Shown here: in pieces, positions 19,088 to 28,333 of the stretch
Position numbering within the stretch: position 1 is the first letter of the stretch
Layout of the letters: each line of letters starts with the position of its first letter
Source: a virus
IMG/VR virus record: IMGVR_UViG_3300025849_000010
Span: 64,001-128,000 of that record
Strand: one strand, 5' to 3'
Length of the DNA: 64,000 nucleotides
Translations under genes and position numbers: made by a program
Notes under the pieces: generated by a model
What the model saw: only the letters and a program-made list of their open reading frames with translations
Database searches by the model: none
Told to the model about the DNA's origin: nothing

Positions 19088-21079
19088 ATGTCAGACGCAG
19101 CAGACAGTCAAGCACAACAAGACGACATTCGTAAAAATACTAGAGCTATTCAAGGTTGGACTAGTGCGCTGTCGGGCGCAGTTACTGGCGCTAGTCAGTT
19201 TGCTGGCGCTCTTGTATCCGGGTCTACAAAGATCGCAGACTACACTGGTGCGCTTGGAACTATGGCAAAGGCACTTCCTATTCCAGGAATGGGCGCTCTA
19301 TCTGATGGATTAAACAAAGCAGCATCAGTTATAGACGAGATGAATGCTGGCTACAAATCACTTAGTAGATCAGGATTTTCTTTAAGAGGCTCATTGTCGG
19401 GCACAGCACTTGCAGCATCAGATGCTGGATACAGTGTAGCAGAATTAGGCAAGTTTGCAGAAGCTAATGCTAAACAGTTAAGAATAATGGGCGGAACAGG
19501 CGGCCGCGCAACAGCAATGTTTGCACGAATGAGTGGTGACTTTGCAAACAGCTCAGAAAATTATGTAAAAGGTCTATCAGCAATTGGCTACAGCAACGAA
19601 GAAATAAACGAATCTCTAGTTAATTTTGCATCAATTAATAGATTGCAGTTTTTAGAAAACGTAAGAACTGGAACTAGTCAAAATAGATCAGCTATGGCCT
19701 TTGCAGTGTCGATGGATAGAATGGCAACGCTAACTAACCAAAGTAGAAAAGAACTTGCAAAGAAAATGGAAGAAGATAGACGCAATGGTCGAGTGCAAGC
19801 ATTCCTTGCTGGTCTAAATAAAGAGCAACAAGTAGTGTTTAACGAAGGCCTGCAAATGGCAAAACAAAACGGACCGTTAGCAGCAAAAGCATACGAAGAT
19901 ATGATGATGCAAGCATCTCTAACAGGAGAAAGTGCAAATGCAGCAGCAGTGTATGGTAGCGAGTATATAGACAATTTAGCAGGACTACGTCAGCGATTGT
20001 TTAGTATTGAAGCAGGAGACAAAGCTGCCGGCGAAGCGTTTAGAACACAATCATTAGTCGTACAAGGCGAAGCAATGGATGCATTGCGTAGTCAAGGTAA
20101 TATACAATTAGGTATGCTTAGAGGGAATGGTGGGATAATAAAAGATATCCAAGATGCCCTTGCCGGAAGCGTAGACATGTATGATCAAATTTCGTTAGTA
20201 CAAGCACAATCTAGTACATCACTAACTAGCGCACAAGCTAGACTTCGAATGATGCAAATGACTGACCAAGAGTTAAGACAAGCAGGATTAACTAAAGATG
20301 CAGAAGGTAACATTAAAGTAGCAGGAGCAGCTGATGCTGCAACAGATGCAGTTAGCTCGTTTGAATCGACGATGGCAACTGCTTCTCGAGCAGTACGAAC
20401 AGAATTAATAACTACACTGTTAGGACCAGCAGGAGTTGGTGAAGAACTACGAGAATTTGCTAGAGATTTAGATTCGACTAGAGTAAAAGTTACTGCCGAA
20501 ATTACAAAGTTTGGTACTACCTTTAGAGATGAAGCTACTAGGATAGCAGGTGCATATAACACTCCTAACGTCGAAGCTGGAGTATTAACTGGTCAAGCAG
20601 CAGTGCAAGCAGCAACTAATCGAGGTAATAGTCAAGAAGCTAACCAAACTGGCAGTATACCGAACAACGAAACAAGTAACGGAGCTCGTCCAAATAATCC
20701 TAGTACTGATAACAATATGTTTGGCGGCATGATGGATGCACTAAGACCAAGTATAGTAGGCGAGCGTGGACCTGAGTTTCTTATCCCAAAAGGTGCTAAC
20801 AATTTAATTGCAACTGCTCAAACAATGGCAAAACAAATTGCACCACAGATGCAACAAATGGCAGAACAGATGCGTCCACAAATGGAACAGATGGCTGCAC
20901 AATTTGAGCCACAATTAAAACAAATGGCAAGTCAATTTCAACAGAGCTCTCCAGAAATGGGCCAGCAGATGGAAGTTATGATGACACAACTAAACGGCAA
21001 GTTTGATCAATTGTTGAATGCATACAAAGACAACACACGCGAAATCAGACGAAGCGGCGGAAACGTATATAGGACATAA
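19088..21079 (+). CDS. Tape measure-like protein
   Basis: Ala/Gln-rich helical sequence, C-terminal SIVGERGPE motif, adjacent to the chaperone-like gp26/gp51 pair. Confidence 0.7.
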   Translation: MSDAADSQAQQDDIRKNTRAIQGWTSALSGAVTGASQFAGALVSGSTKIADYTGALGTMAKALPIPGMGALSDGLNKAASVIDEMNAGYKSLSRSGFSLRGSLSGTALAASDAGYSVAELGKFAEANAKQLRIMGGTGGRATAMFARMSGDFANSSENYVKGLSAIGYSNEEINESLVNFASINRLQFLENVRTGTSQNRSAMAFAVSMDRMATLTNQSRKELAKKMEEDRRNGRVQAFLAGLNKEQQVVFNEGLQMAKQNGPLAAKAYEDMMMQASLTGESANAAAVYGSEYIDNLAGLRQRLFSIEAGDKAAGEAFRTQSLVVQGEAMDALRSQGNIQLGMLRGNGGIIKDIQDALAGSVDMYDQISLVQAQSSTSLTSAQARLRMMQMTDQELRQAGLTKDAEGNIKVAGAADAATDAVSSFESTMATASRAVRTELITTLLGPAGVGEELREFARDLDSTRVKVTAEITKFGTTFRDEATRIAGAYNTPNVEAGVLTGQAAVQAATNRGNSQEANQTGSIPNNETSNGARPNNPSTDNNMFGGMMDALRPSIVGERGPEFLIPKGANNLIATAQTMAKQIAPQMQQMAEQMRPQMEQMAAQFEPQLKQMASQFQQSSPEMGQQMEVMMTQLNGKFDQLLNAYKDNTREIRRSGGNVYRT

Positions 21080-21087
21080 GTAATAAC

Positions 21088-22833
21088 ATGAGCTGGAAAA
21101 AATATTTTACACCTGTACCAACAGGAAATCAAGAAGGAACATATAGCCCGTTAGGTAACGGCGCTAATGCTAGTCGACCAGGGCCGGCACGTTCAAATTA
21201 TTCAAGCTACTTACCAGATGTATATACTGGTAGTCCAAATCGTGTTGAACGCTATGGTCAGTACGAAACAATGGACAGCGACAGTGAAGTTAATGCTGCA
21301 CTAGACATTTTAGCAGAATTTTGCACACAAAAGAATACAAGCAATAAAACTCCATTTGCTTTAGACTTTAAAGAAAAAGCTACGAATTCTGAAATTAGAA
21401 TTCTAAAGCAGTACTTACAGCAATGGAGTAAGTTACAAAACTTCGAAACTCGCATTTTCCGTATATTACGTAATGTATTCAAATACGGTGATGCATTTTT
21501 TATTAGAGATCCAGAAACTAAAAAATGGTTTTATGTTGATCCAGCAAAAGTTACTAAAATCATTGTTAATGAAAGTGAAGGCAAAAAGCCTGAGCAGTAT
21601 GTTGTTAAAGACCTTAACATTAATTTTGGCAACTTAGTTGCTACTACACTAAGCACTGATCCGGGCGGATCAACTAGTTCTGGTCATTCAGGATACTTCC
21701 AAGGCGGCGCGAAAGGTATGGCAGGTTCTGCTCCAAGTAGCGCATCAACTGGTTCACGTTTTGAAACATCACAACAAGAAGTTGCAGTTGATGCTGAACA
21801 CGTTGTGCATTTAAGTTTATCAGAAGGACTAGACAACAACTATCCATTTGGTAACAGTTTACTTGAAACAATCTTTAAAGTATACAAGCAAAAAGAATTG
21901 CTTGAAGATGCTATTATTATCTATCGTGTACAACGTGCGCCAGAACGTAGAGTATTTTATGTAGACGTAGGCAACATGCCAAGTCACCTTGCTATGAACT
22001 TTGTTGAACGTGTTAAGAACGAAATTCATCAAAGACGTATTCCGTCACAAACAGGCGGCGGCACTAATGTTATTGACAGTAGTTACAATCCGTTGTCAAT
22101 CAACGAAGACTACTTCTTTCCACAAACAGCTGAAGGACGTGGTTCTAAAGTTGAAACACTGCCGGGCGGTACTAACCTTGGAGAGATTGACGATCTCAAA
22201 TACTTTACTAACAAACTAGTACGTGGACTGCGTATTCCTAGTAGCTACTTACCTACAGCAGCAGATGACGGACAAAGTCAGTTTAGTGACGGTCGTGTAG
22301 GAACAGCATACATTCAAGAGCTACGCTTTAATACCTACTGCGAACGCTTACAGAGCTTAGTACAAAGCAAGTTTGATGAAGAATTTAAATTATATATTCT
22401 TGAAAAAGGCGTAAATGTTGATACTAGTGTGTTTGAACTAGGATTTCAACCTCCTAAGAACTTTGCAAGCTATCGTCAAGCAGAACTAGATAACAACCGT
22501 ATTGGTACATTTACACAGTTACAACAGATTCCTTATATGAGCCAACGTTTTGCACTACAGCGTTTCTTAGGTCTTAGCGACGAAGAAATTGCAGAAAATG
22601 AAAGACTATGGCGAGAAGAAAATGATGAAAATCTAAATCTTCCAACTGATGCTAGCGGTGAACTAAGAAGCGCAGGCATCAGTGCAGGTGCTATTAGTGC
22701 AGACTTAGGAGCAGCCGAAACAGCAGCACCTGATGCAGAAGCAGCACCTGAAGCTGGCGCACTAGGTGATACAGGTGAAACTCCAGCAGCTGGCGCAGCG
22801 CCAACAGGTCCTGGCCCTGGCGAAAACGTATAA
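21088..22833 (+). CDS. Portal protein gp20
   Basis: LLEDAIIIYRVQRAPERRVFYVDVGNMP, EDYFFP...GRGSKVETLPGGTNLGEIDD..YF..KL.RGLRIPSS. Confidence 0.96.
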   Translation: MSWKKYFTPVPTGNQEGTYSPLGNGANASRPGPARSNYSSYLPDVYTGSPNRVERYGQYETMDSDSEVNAALDILAEFCTQKNTSNKTPFALDFKEKATNSEIRILKQYLQQWSKLQNFETRIFRILRNVFKYGDAFFIRDPETKKWFYVDPAKVTKIIVNESEGKKPEQYVVKDLNINFGNLVATTLSTDPGGSTSSGHSGYFQGGAKGMAGSAPSSASTGSRFETSQQEVAVDAEHVVHLSLSEGLDNNYPFGNSLLETIFKVYKQKELLEDAIIIYRVQRAPERRVFYVDVGNMPSHLAMNFVERVKNEIHQRRIPSQTGGGTNVIDSSYNPLSINEDYFFPQTAEGRGSKVETLPGGTNLGEIDDLKYFTNKLVRGLRIPSSYLPTAADDGQSQFSDGRVGTAYIQELRFNTYCERLQSLVQSKFDEEFKLYILEKGVNVDTSVFELGFQPPKNFASYRQAELDNNRIGTFTQLQQIPYMSQRFALQRFLGLSDEEIAENERLWREENDENLNLPTDASGELRSAGISAGAISADLGAAETAAPDAEAAPEAGALGDTGETPAAGAAPTGPGPGENV

Positions 22834-22849
22834 GAGGATAAATAATTAC

Positions 22850-23089
22850 ATGATACTTAGAGAACTCTTTTACTTTGATAAAGACACATTAGAAATGAGT
22901 AATGACGGACGTTATACTCCTGAAAACGATTCTGATGTGATCAAAAAAAGTGACACACGCAAAACACGATTAACTCTAGAACAGATTAATCAATTGCGTG
23001 TTGCTTCTGACCTACACGAACAAGAAAAAGAAGCAGAGCTAGAGTTTGTTAGACAAATGTACGGCGTACCAGCACAGCCAGGTATGTAA
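22850..23089 (+). CDS. Small hypothetical protein of the head module
   Basis: Likely start ATG 22850 (MILRELFYFDKD...), 5 nt after TAAATA (22839-22844). Confidence 0.65.
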   Translation: MILRELFYFDKDTLEMSNDGRYTPENDSDVIKKSDTRKTRLTLEQINQLRVASDLHEQEKEAELEFVRQMYGVPAQPGM

Positions 23090-23691
23090 TGTTATCCTTT
23101 GTATTAGGTAACGGAAACTCACGAAAAGAATTTAATGTAAAGCACTACAAGCAATATGGAAACATATATGGCTGTAATGCAATTTATCGCGACGAATTAG
23201 TTGACTATCTAGTTGCAGTAGATCCACCCATGGTTCAAGAGATAATTGACAATAAGGCTCATCTTTTAACCAAGTTCTATACTAGAGAACATAGGCGCTT
23301 TACTGAAATTCCCAATATAAACATTATTCCAAAACGACTAGGATGGAGTAGCGGTCCTACAGCATTATGGCTTGCTAGTCATAATAAATCATCAAGTATC
23401 TGTTTAGTAGGATTTGATTTTCAAAGTAATATAAATACTATTAATAACATATACAGCGGAACTAAAAACTACAAGCCTACAGAAAGCCCAGCAACCTATT
23501 TTGGCAACTGGATTAAGCAGGTACAACTAACTGTTAGGGATAATCCTAACATAAATTATTATAGGTTAATAACGAAAGAACATAGGTTTACACCCCCGGA
23601 ATTATTAAGATATCCTAATTTTTCCAATATCACATACGAAAAATTGCTTGAAAAATTTAAAATGGCTCGTTTTGAGCCTATTTCAGAGTAG
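23089..23691 (+). CDS. Rossmann-like transferase (DUF115/MptE/sialyltransferase-like), function unknown
   Basis: VLGNGNSR, YGCNA, DYLVAVD, WSSGPTALWLA, ICLVGFD motifs. Confidence 0.55.
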   Translation: MLSFVLGNGNSRKEFNVKHYKQYGNIYGCNAIYRDELVDYLVAVDPPMVQEIIDNKAHLLTKFYTREHRRFTEIPNINIIPKRLGWSSGPTALWLASHNKSSSICLVGFDFQSNINTINNIYSGTKNYKPTESPATYFGNWIKQVQLTVRDNPNINYYRLITKEHRFTPPELLRYPNFSNITYEKLLEKFKMARFEPISE

Positions 23692-23757
23692 TTTATTGTA
23701 TAGATAGTAAATACTTATTGACAGCCTTGTAATATTACGAACATATAGGAGAGAACA

Positions 23758-24528
23758 ATGACTGATCGTACAAAATTTGAAAAAATGCTTGAACTCCTTA
23801 TCAACGAAGACCGTGACGCAGCTGAAGAGCTATTTCACGAGATTGTTGTAGAGAAATCAAGAGATATTTATGAAGGTCTACTAGAAACTGATCTAGAAGA
23901 CGAAGACATCGACGAAGCTACTGATGAAGAAGCGGATGAAGATGAAGAAGCAGTTGAAGAATCAACTGACGAAGAATTAGACGAATTTGAAATCGAAGCT
24001 GGAGATCCAGCAGACGATATGATCGCTGACATCGAAATGGGTGATGGCGATGATGAAGAGGCAGATATGGACGACGAAGGCGACGAAGGCGAAGAAGCTG
24101 GAGAAGAAGAAATCGAAGACCGTATTGAAGACCTCGAAGATGCCCTAGACGAGCTATCAAGAGAATTCCAAGCAATGCTCGGCGGTGACGAAGAAGCACC
24201 AGCTGATGACATGGAAGGCGACATGGCAGACATGGGCGACGAAGCAGGTGAAGATGACATGGAAGAAGAATCTTTCGAGTTTGAATCAACTGAAACAGAC
24301 GGCGAACAGCTAGACGAGTACACGCAAAAAGTTGCTGAGCCAAAAGGCGAAGACAACAAAGCAACATCACCAGTAGCTAAAAAGAACGATATGGGCGGCA
24401 CTGCTGCAAACATCGCAAAAGGTTCTGCAGAAGAAAAGGGCAGCAAAGCTGCTGCTGCTAAAGTAGACGATGCTGGCAATGTAAATAAATCAGGTAACGC
24501 AAAAGCACCTGGTTACTCAAAAGCGTAA
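23758..24528 (+). CDS. Highly acidic prohead core/scaffold-associated protein
   Basis: Asp/Glu-rich; between portal and protease; TAAATA at 23708-23713 and AGGAG RBS upstream. Confidence 0.65.
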   Translation: MTDRTKFEKMLELLINEDRDAAEELFHEIVVEKSRDIYEGLLETDLEDEDIDEATDEEADEDEEAVEESTDEELDEFEIEAGDPADDMIADIEMGDGDDEEADMDDEGDEGEEAGEEEIEDRIEDLEDALDELSREFQAMLGGDEEAPADDMEGDMADMGDEAGEDDMEEESFEFESTETDGEQLDEYTQKVAEPKGEDNKATSPVAKKNDMGGTAANIAKGSAEEKGSKAAAAKVDDAGNVNKSGNAKAPGYSKA

Positions 24529-24541
24529 GCCTAAGGAGAAC

Positions 24542-25171
24542 TTGAAGATGAATGTACTCCAAGAGAATTTGACATTTGATCAAGCGAATATGATCGTTGA
24601 GACTGCTGAAGAAGGAAAAGATCTTCACATGAGCGGTATCTTCATCCAAGGTGGTGTAAGAAATGCCAATCAGCGTGTTTATCCTGTAAACGAAATCGGC
24701 AGGGCTGTCAAAACTCTTAACGAGCAGATCGAGGGGGGATATTCAGTTCTTGGCGAAGTAGATCATCCGCAAGGTCTTAATGTAAACTTAGATCGTGTAA
24801 GCCATATGATCACAAAAATGTGGATGGATGGCCCAAACGGTTATGGAAAACTAAAACTTATTCCAACACCAATGGGGTCTCTAGTAAAAACAATGCTAGA
24901 GGCCGGTGTTAAACTTGGTGTAAGTTCGAGAGGTTCCGGGAACGTAAGTGAAGACGGTTCCGGAGAGGTTAGCGACTTTGAAATTATTACAGTTGATGTA
25001 GTTGCTCAACCAAGTGCTCCAGGTGCCTACCCTACACCAATTTATGAGCATCTTATGAATACCACGGGTGGGTATAAGGCATTTAGAACAGCACAAGAAC
25101 TTAGGGAAGATACTAAGGCACAACAATATCTTAAGAATCAGTTGGTGAATATCATCAACGGGCTCCGATAA
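24542..25171 (+). CDS. Prohead core protease gp21
   Basis: GIFIQG..RNANQRVYP, LGEVDHP, LGVSSRGSG, DVVAQPSAPGA. Start is TTG 24542 or ATG 24548. Confidence 0.95.
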   Translation: MKMNVLQENLTFDQANMIVETAEEGKDLHMSGIFIQGGVRNANQRVYPVNEIGRAVKTLNEQIEGGYSVLGEVDHPQGLNVNLDRVSHMITKMWMDGPNGYGKLKLIPTPMGSLVKTMLEAGVKLGVSSRGSGNVSEDGSGEVSDFEIITVDVVAQPSAPGAYPTPIYEHLMNTTGGYKAFRTAQELREDTKAQQYLKNQLVNIINGLR

Positions 25172-25185
25172 ACGAGGAGAAACAC

Positions 25186-26283
25186 ATGTTGGACGCATTA
25201 AAATCACTATTTGAAAACAATGTTGTTTCCGAAAGCGTGAGAGCGGAAATTGAAGAAGCGTGGAATGCAAAAGTTTCAGAAGCAAAGCAAAGTGCAGTGT
25301 CAGAACTGCGTGAAGAGTTTGCTCAGAAATATGCGCATGACAAGAACGTTATGGTAGAAGCTATCGATAAGTTAGTTGAAGACCGTCTTCAAATTGAAAT
25401 TTCAGAGTTTGCAGAAGACCGCAAACAGTTAGCTGAAGCAAAAGCAAAGTATGCAGTAGCAATGCGTGAAAACGCAGATCTACTAAAAGGCTTTGTAGTA
25501 GAATCACTAACTAAAGAAGTTTCAGAGTTACACGAAGATCAGAAAGTTATGGCTGAAAAATATGGTCAACTTGAAGAATTTGTAGTAGAAGCTCTAGCTA
25601 AGGAAATTGCAGAATTTCATACAGACAAAAAAGATCTAGCAGAAACTAAAGTTGCATTGATAAGAGAAGCGAAGGCTCAGTTTGCAAAAGTAAAAACTAC
25701 TTTTGTTAAAAAGAGTTCAGCTCTTGTTGCAGAAACAGTGGCAAAATCACTTAACAAAGAGATTAAAACACTGAAAGAAGATATCGATTCAGCACGTAGT
25801 AACGACTTCGGTCGTAAGATCTTTGAAGCGTTTGCATCAGAATACAATAACAGCTACCTTAATGAGAAATCAGAGGCAGCTAAACTTCTTAGAGTACTAA
25901 GTAAAAAAGACTTAGAGCTTGCAGAAGCGAAAGCAGCTATTGTAGAAAAAACTGCTTTGGTTGAAAGCAAACAGCGAGAAATTGCAGAAGCTAACAGCCA
26001 AATGATGCGAAAAGAAAAGCTTCAAGAACTCCTAGGCCCACTTAACGGTGAGCAAAAGGAAATTATGACAGACTTACTGGAATCAGTTCAGACTGCACGC
26101 CTAACAGCACAGTTTGAAAAGTACCTACCGGCGGTAATTGACGGTAAAACTCCAGCGAAGAAGAAGGCACTGACAGAAGGCAAAGAAATCACAGGCAACA
26201 AAGTTAATACTAGTATCAGTAGTGCAAAAGGCGAAACAGAAAATAATATTTTCGATATTCGTCGATTAGCAGGAATCAAATAA
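25186..26283 (+). CDS. Prohead scaffold protein gp22-like
   Basis: Coiled-coil, Glu/Lys-rich, GRKIFEAF motif, between protease and major capsid genes. Confidence 0.85.
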   Translation: MLDALKSLFENNVVSESVRAEIEEAWNAKVSEAKQSAVSELREEFAQKYAHDKNVMVEAIDKLVEDRLQIEISEFAEDRKQLAEAKAKYAVAMRENADLLKGFVVESLTKEVSELHEDQKVMAEKYGQLEEFVVEALAKEIAEFHTDKKDLAETKVALIREAKAQFAKVKTTFVKKSSALVAETVAKSLNKEIKTLKEDIDSARSNDFGRKIFEAFASEYNNSYLNEKSEAAKLLRVLSKKDLELAEAKAAIVEKTALVESKQREIAEANSQMMRKEKLQELLGPLNGEQKEIMTDLLESVQTARLTAQFEKYLPAVIDGKTPAKKKALTEGKEITGNKVNTSISSAKGETENNIFDIRRLAGIK

Positions 26284-26290
26284 GGAGAAC

Positions 26291-27463
26291 ATGAAAATGT
26301 CAGAACTACTAGAAAGCCGCTGGTCGGACACTAAATCAGCACTGCTCGAAGGCCTAGAAGGCAATCGTAAGTCAGTAATGGCTGTTACACTTGAAAATAC
26401 TCGCAAGTATTTGTCAGAGAGTGCTACAGCAGGTGCTACCTCCGCCGGTAACGTCGCAACTCTTAACAGAGTTATTTTACCCGTCATCAGACGTGTAATG
26501 CCAACAACAATCGCAAACGAATTAGTTGGTGTTCAGCCTATGACAGGACCAGTGGGCCAAATCCACACACTAAGAGTACGCTATGCTGATTCAGCAACAG
26601 GTGTAACAGCAGGTGAAGAAGCTCTATCACCATTCAAGATTGCTCAAGGTTACTCAGGTAACGATGCAGCTGATCCAGATGGTAAAGCTAACAACACTGC
26701 AACACTTGAAGGTGCAGCAGGTAAGCGTATGTCAATTCAGATCTTGAAACAGACTGTTGAAGCAAAGTCACGCAAGCTATCAGCTCGCTGGACATTTGAA
26801 GCAGCTCAAGACGCACAGTCAATGCAAGGCATTGATGTCGAAGCTGAAATCATGGCAGCTCTTGCACAAGAGATTACAACTGAAATTGATCAGGAAATCT
26901 TAAACAGTCTACGTTCATTAGCAGGAACAGCTTCAGAGACCTTTAACCAGGCTGCTGTAAGTGGTACTGCTACTTTCGTTGGTGACGAGCATGCTGCATT
27001 AGCTGTTCTAATCAACCGTCAGGCTAACAAAATCGCACAACGCACTCGTCGTGGTGCAGGTAACTTTGCTGTTGTATCGCCATTCGCGTTAACAGTATTG
27101 CAGTCTGCAACTACTTCTGCGTTTGCACGTACTACTGAAGGTACATTTGAAGCACCAACAAACACTAAGTTCGTTGGAACATTGAACAATGCAATGAAAG
27201 TATATGTTGATACATACGCTTCTGATGCAACTGACGTTCTTGTTGGCTACAAAGGTTCTTCAGAATCTGATGCTGCTGCATTCTACTGCCCATACATCCC
27301 ATTGATGTCAAGCGGTGTTGTACTAGATCCAGATACATTCGAGCCAGTAGTTAGCTTCATGACACGTTATGGTTATGTTGAACTAAACAACACTGCATCG
27401 TCACTAGGCAATGCAGCAGACTACGTCGAGCGTGTTGCGATTTCGAACGTAAGCTTCAGCTAA
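26291..27463 (+). CDS. Major capsid protein gp23
   Basis: LVGVQPMTGPVGQI, VEAKSRKLSARWTFEAAQD, FYCPYIPL, FMTRYG. Confidence 0.97.
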   Translation: MKMSELLESRWSDTKSALLEGLEGNRKSVMAVTLENTRKYLSESATAGATSAGNVATLNRVILPVIRRVMPTTIANELVGVQPMTGPVGQIHTLRVRYADSATGVTAGEEALSPFKIAQGYSGNDAADPDGKANNTATLEGAAGKRMSIQILKQTVEAKSRKLSARWTFEAAQDAQSMQGIDVEAEIMAALAQEITTEIDQEILNSLRSLAGTASETFNQAAVSGTATFVGDEHAALAVLINRQANKIAQRTRRGAGNFAVVSPFALTVLQSATTSAFARTTEGTFEAPTNTKFVGTLNNAMKVYVDTYASDATDVLVGYKGSSESDAAAFYCPYIPLMSSGVVLDPDTFEPVVSFMTRYGYVELNNTASSLGNAADYVERVAISNVSFS

Positions 27464-27483
27464 GTTTTATTTTATATAAAACG

Positions 27484-27512
27484 AAAATAGCACCTTCGGG
27501 TGCTATTTTTTT
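27484..27512 (+). terminator. Rho-independent terminator after the capsid gene
   Basis: aaaatagcacc-TTCG-ggtgctatttt followed by more Ts; cUUCGg tetraloop. Confidence 0.92.
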
Positions 27513-27609
27513 GACTAAATTTTAATGATTTTACGGATGACTTTTAGGTACAAATATGTTTAAATAGTAATGTAGTAAATTTTTATTAACTTAATTTATG
27601 GAGTACACT

Positions 27610-27681
27610 ATGTGGACAACACCGAAAGCAACAGAGATGAGATTCGGCTTCGAAGTAACGATGTATGTGATGAACAAGTAA
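27610..27681 (+). CDS. pqqA: Pyrroloquinoline quinone precursor peptide PqqA
   Basis: 23 aa MWTTPKATEMRFGFEVTMYVMNK with the W-x-x-P...R-x-G-F-E-V-T-x-Y pattern (E-x3-Y core); GGAG RBS 6 nt upstream; below the ORF track cut-off. Confidence 0.92.
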   Translation: MWTTPKATEMRFGFEVTMYVMNK

Positions 27682-27742
27682 CAACATTACCAGAAGTAGA
27701 TATGAGCAAGCTAATAGAAACATTAGATTGTGAGTAAAACAT

Positions 27743-27767
27743 AGCCCGCATATTAGCGGGCTTTTTT
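27743..27767 (+). terminator. Rho-independent terminator after pqqA
   Basis: agcccgc-atatta-gcgggct followed by a T run. Confidence 0.88.
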
Positions 27768-27888
27768 GTCTGCATATAATGCTTTCAGTCGATATGGATA
27801 AATACTTTTGTTATAGAGATATCCTCTATTGCGAGGAATTATGCGGAAACCCGCCGCGTAGACCTAGAACGTCAAAAAGGAGAAAACA

Positions 27889-28305
27889 ATGGGACGTCCA
27901 CTTAATAAAAGATACTTCGGAGAACCAACTGCCGGAGGAAACGAAATCAAAGTACAATTTCACAATGGAACAGCTAGTGTAAACGGCTGGATCGTTAAAC
28001 AAAAAGGTTCAAAAAAATTCTTATGCTCAGACGGAACTGTCGAAGCAACATGTGTACTAGTTGACAAAGCATCAGGCGCAGTAGCAGCTGGTGAAATGAC
28101 TATTACAGTACTTGACGGTGCAACACCACGTCAGGTAACAAAGATTGCTGCACACAAAGTAACAATGGATAACGGTTTAACTATTAACTGGGACTTCACT
28201 GGAACTGGTGCAACTGTTGAAATGGAAGAAGCAGGCGATGATGCTGTTATCGACAATGTAGGCGTTGATGAAGACGACTTCGAAGGCGATGACCCAGCAC
28301 CATAA
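27889..28305 (+). CDS. Hypothetical virion structural protein
   Basis: AAGGAG RBS, late promoter TAAATA at 27799-27804, beta-rich composition, first gene of the structural operon. Confidence 0.65.
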   Translation: MGRPLNKRYFGEPTAGGNEIKVQFHNGTASVNGWIVKQKGSKKFLCSDGTVEATCVLVDKASGAVAAGEMTITVLDGATPRQVTKIAAHKVTMDNGLTINWDFTGTGATVEMEEAGDDAVIDNVGVDEDDFEGDDPAP

Positions 28306-28333
28306 GCTGATATTTTCAATATAAGGAATCATA

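Noticed and set aside
23719-23747. TTGACA as a sigma70 -35 element
   Set aside because: No good -10 at 16-18 nt spacing; TAAATA just upstream explains expression.
23868-24479. Ser-rich minus-strand ORFs
   Set aside because: Shadow frames of the Asp/Glu-rich prohead core gene.
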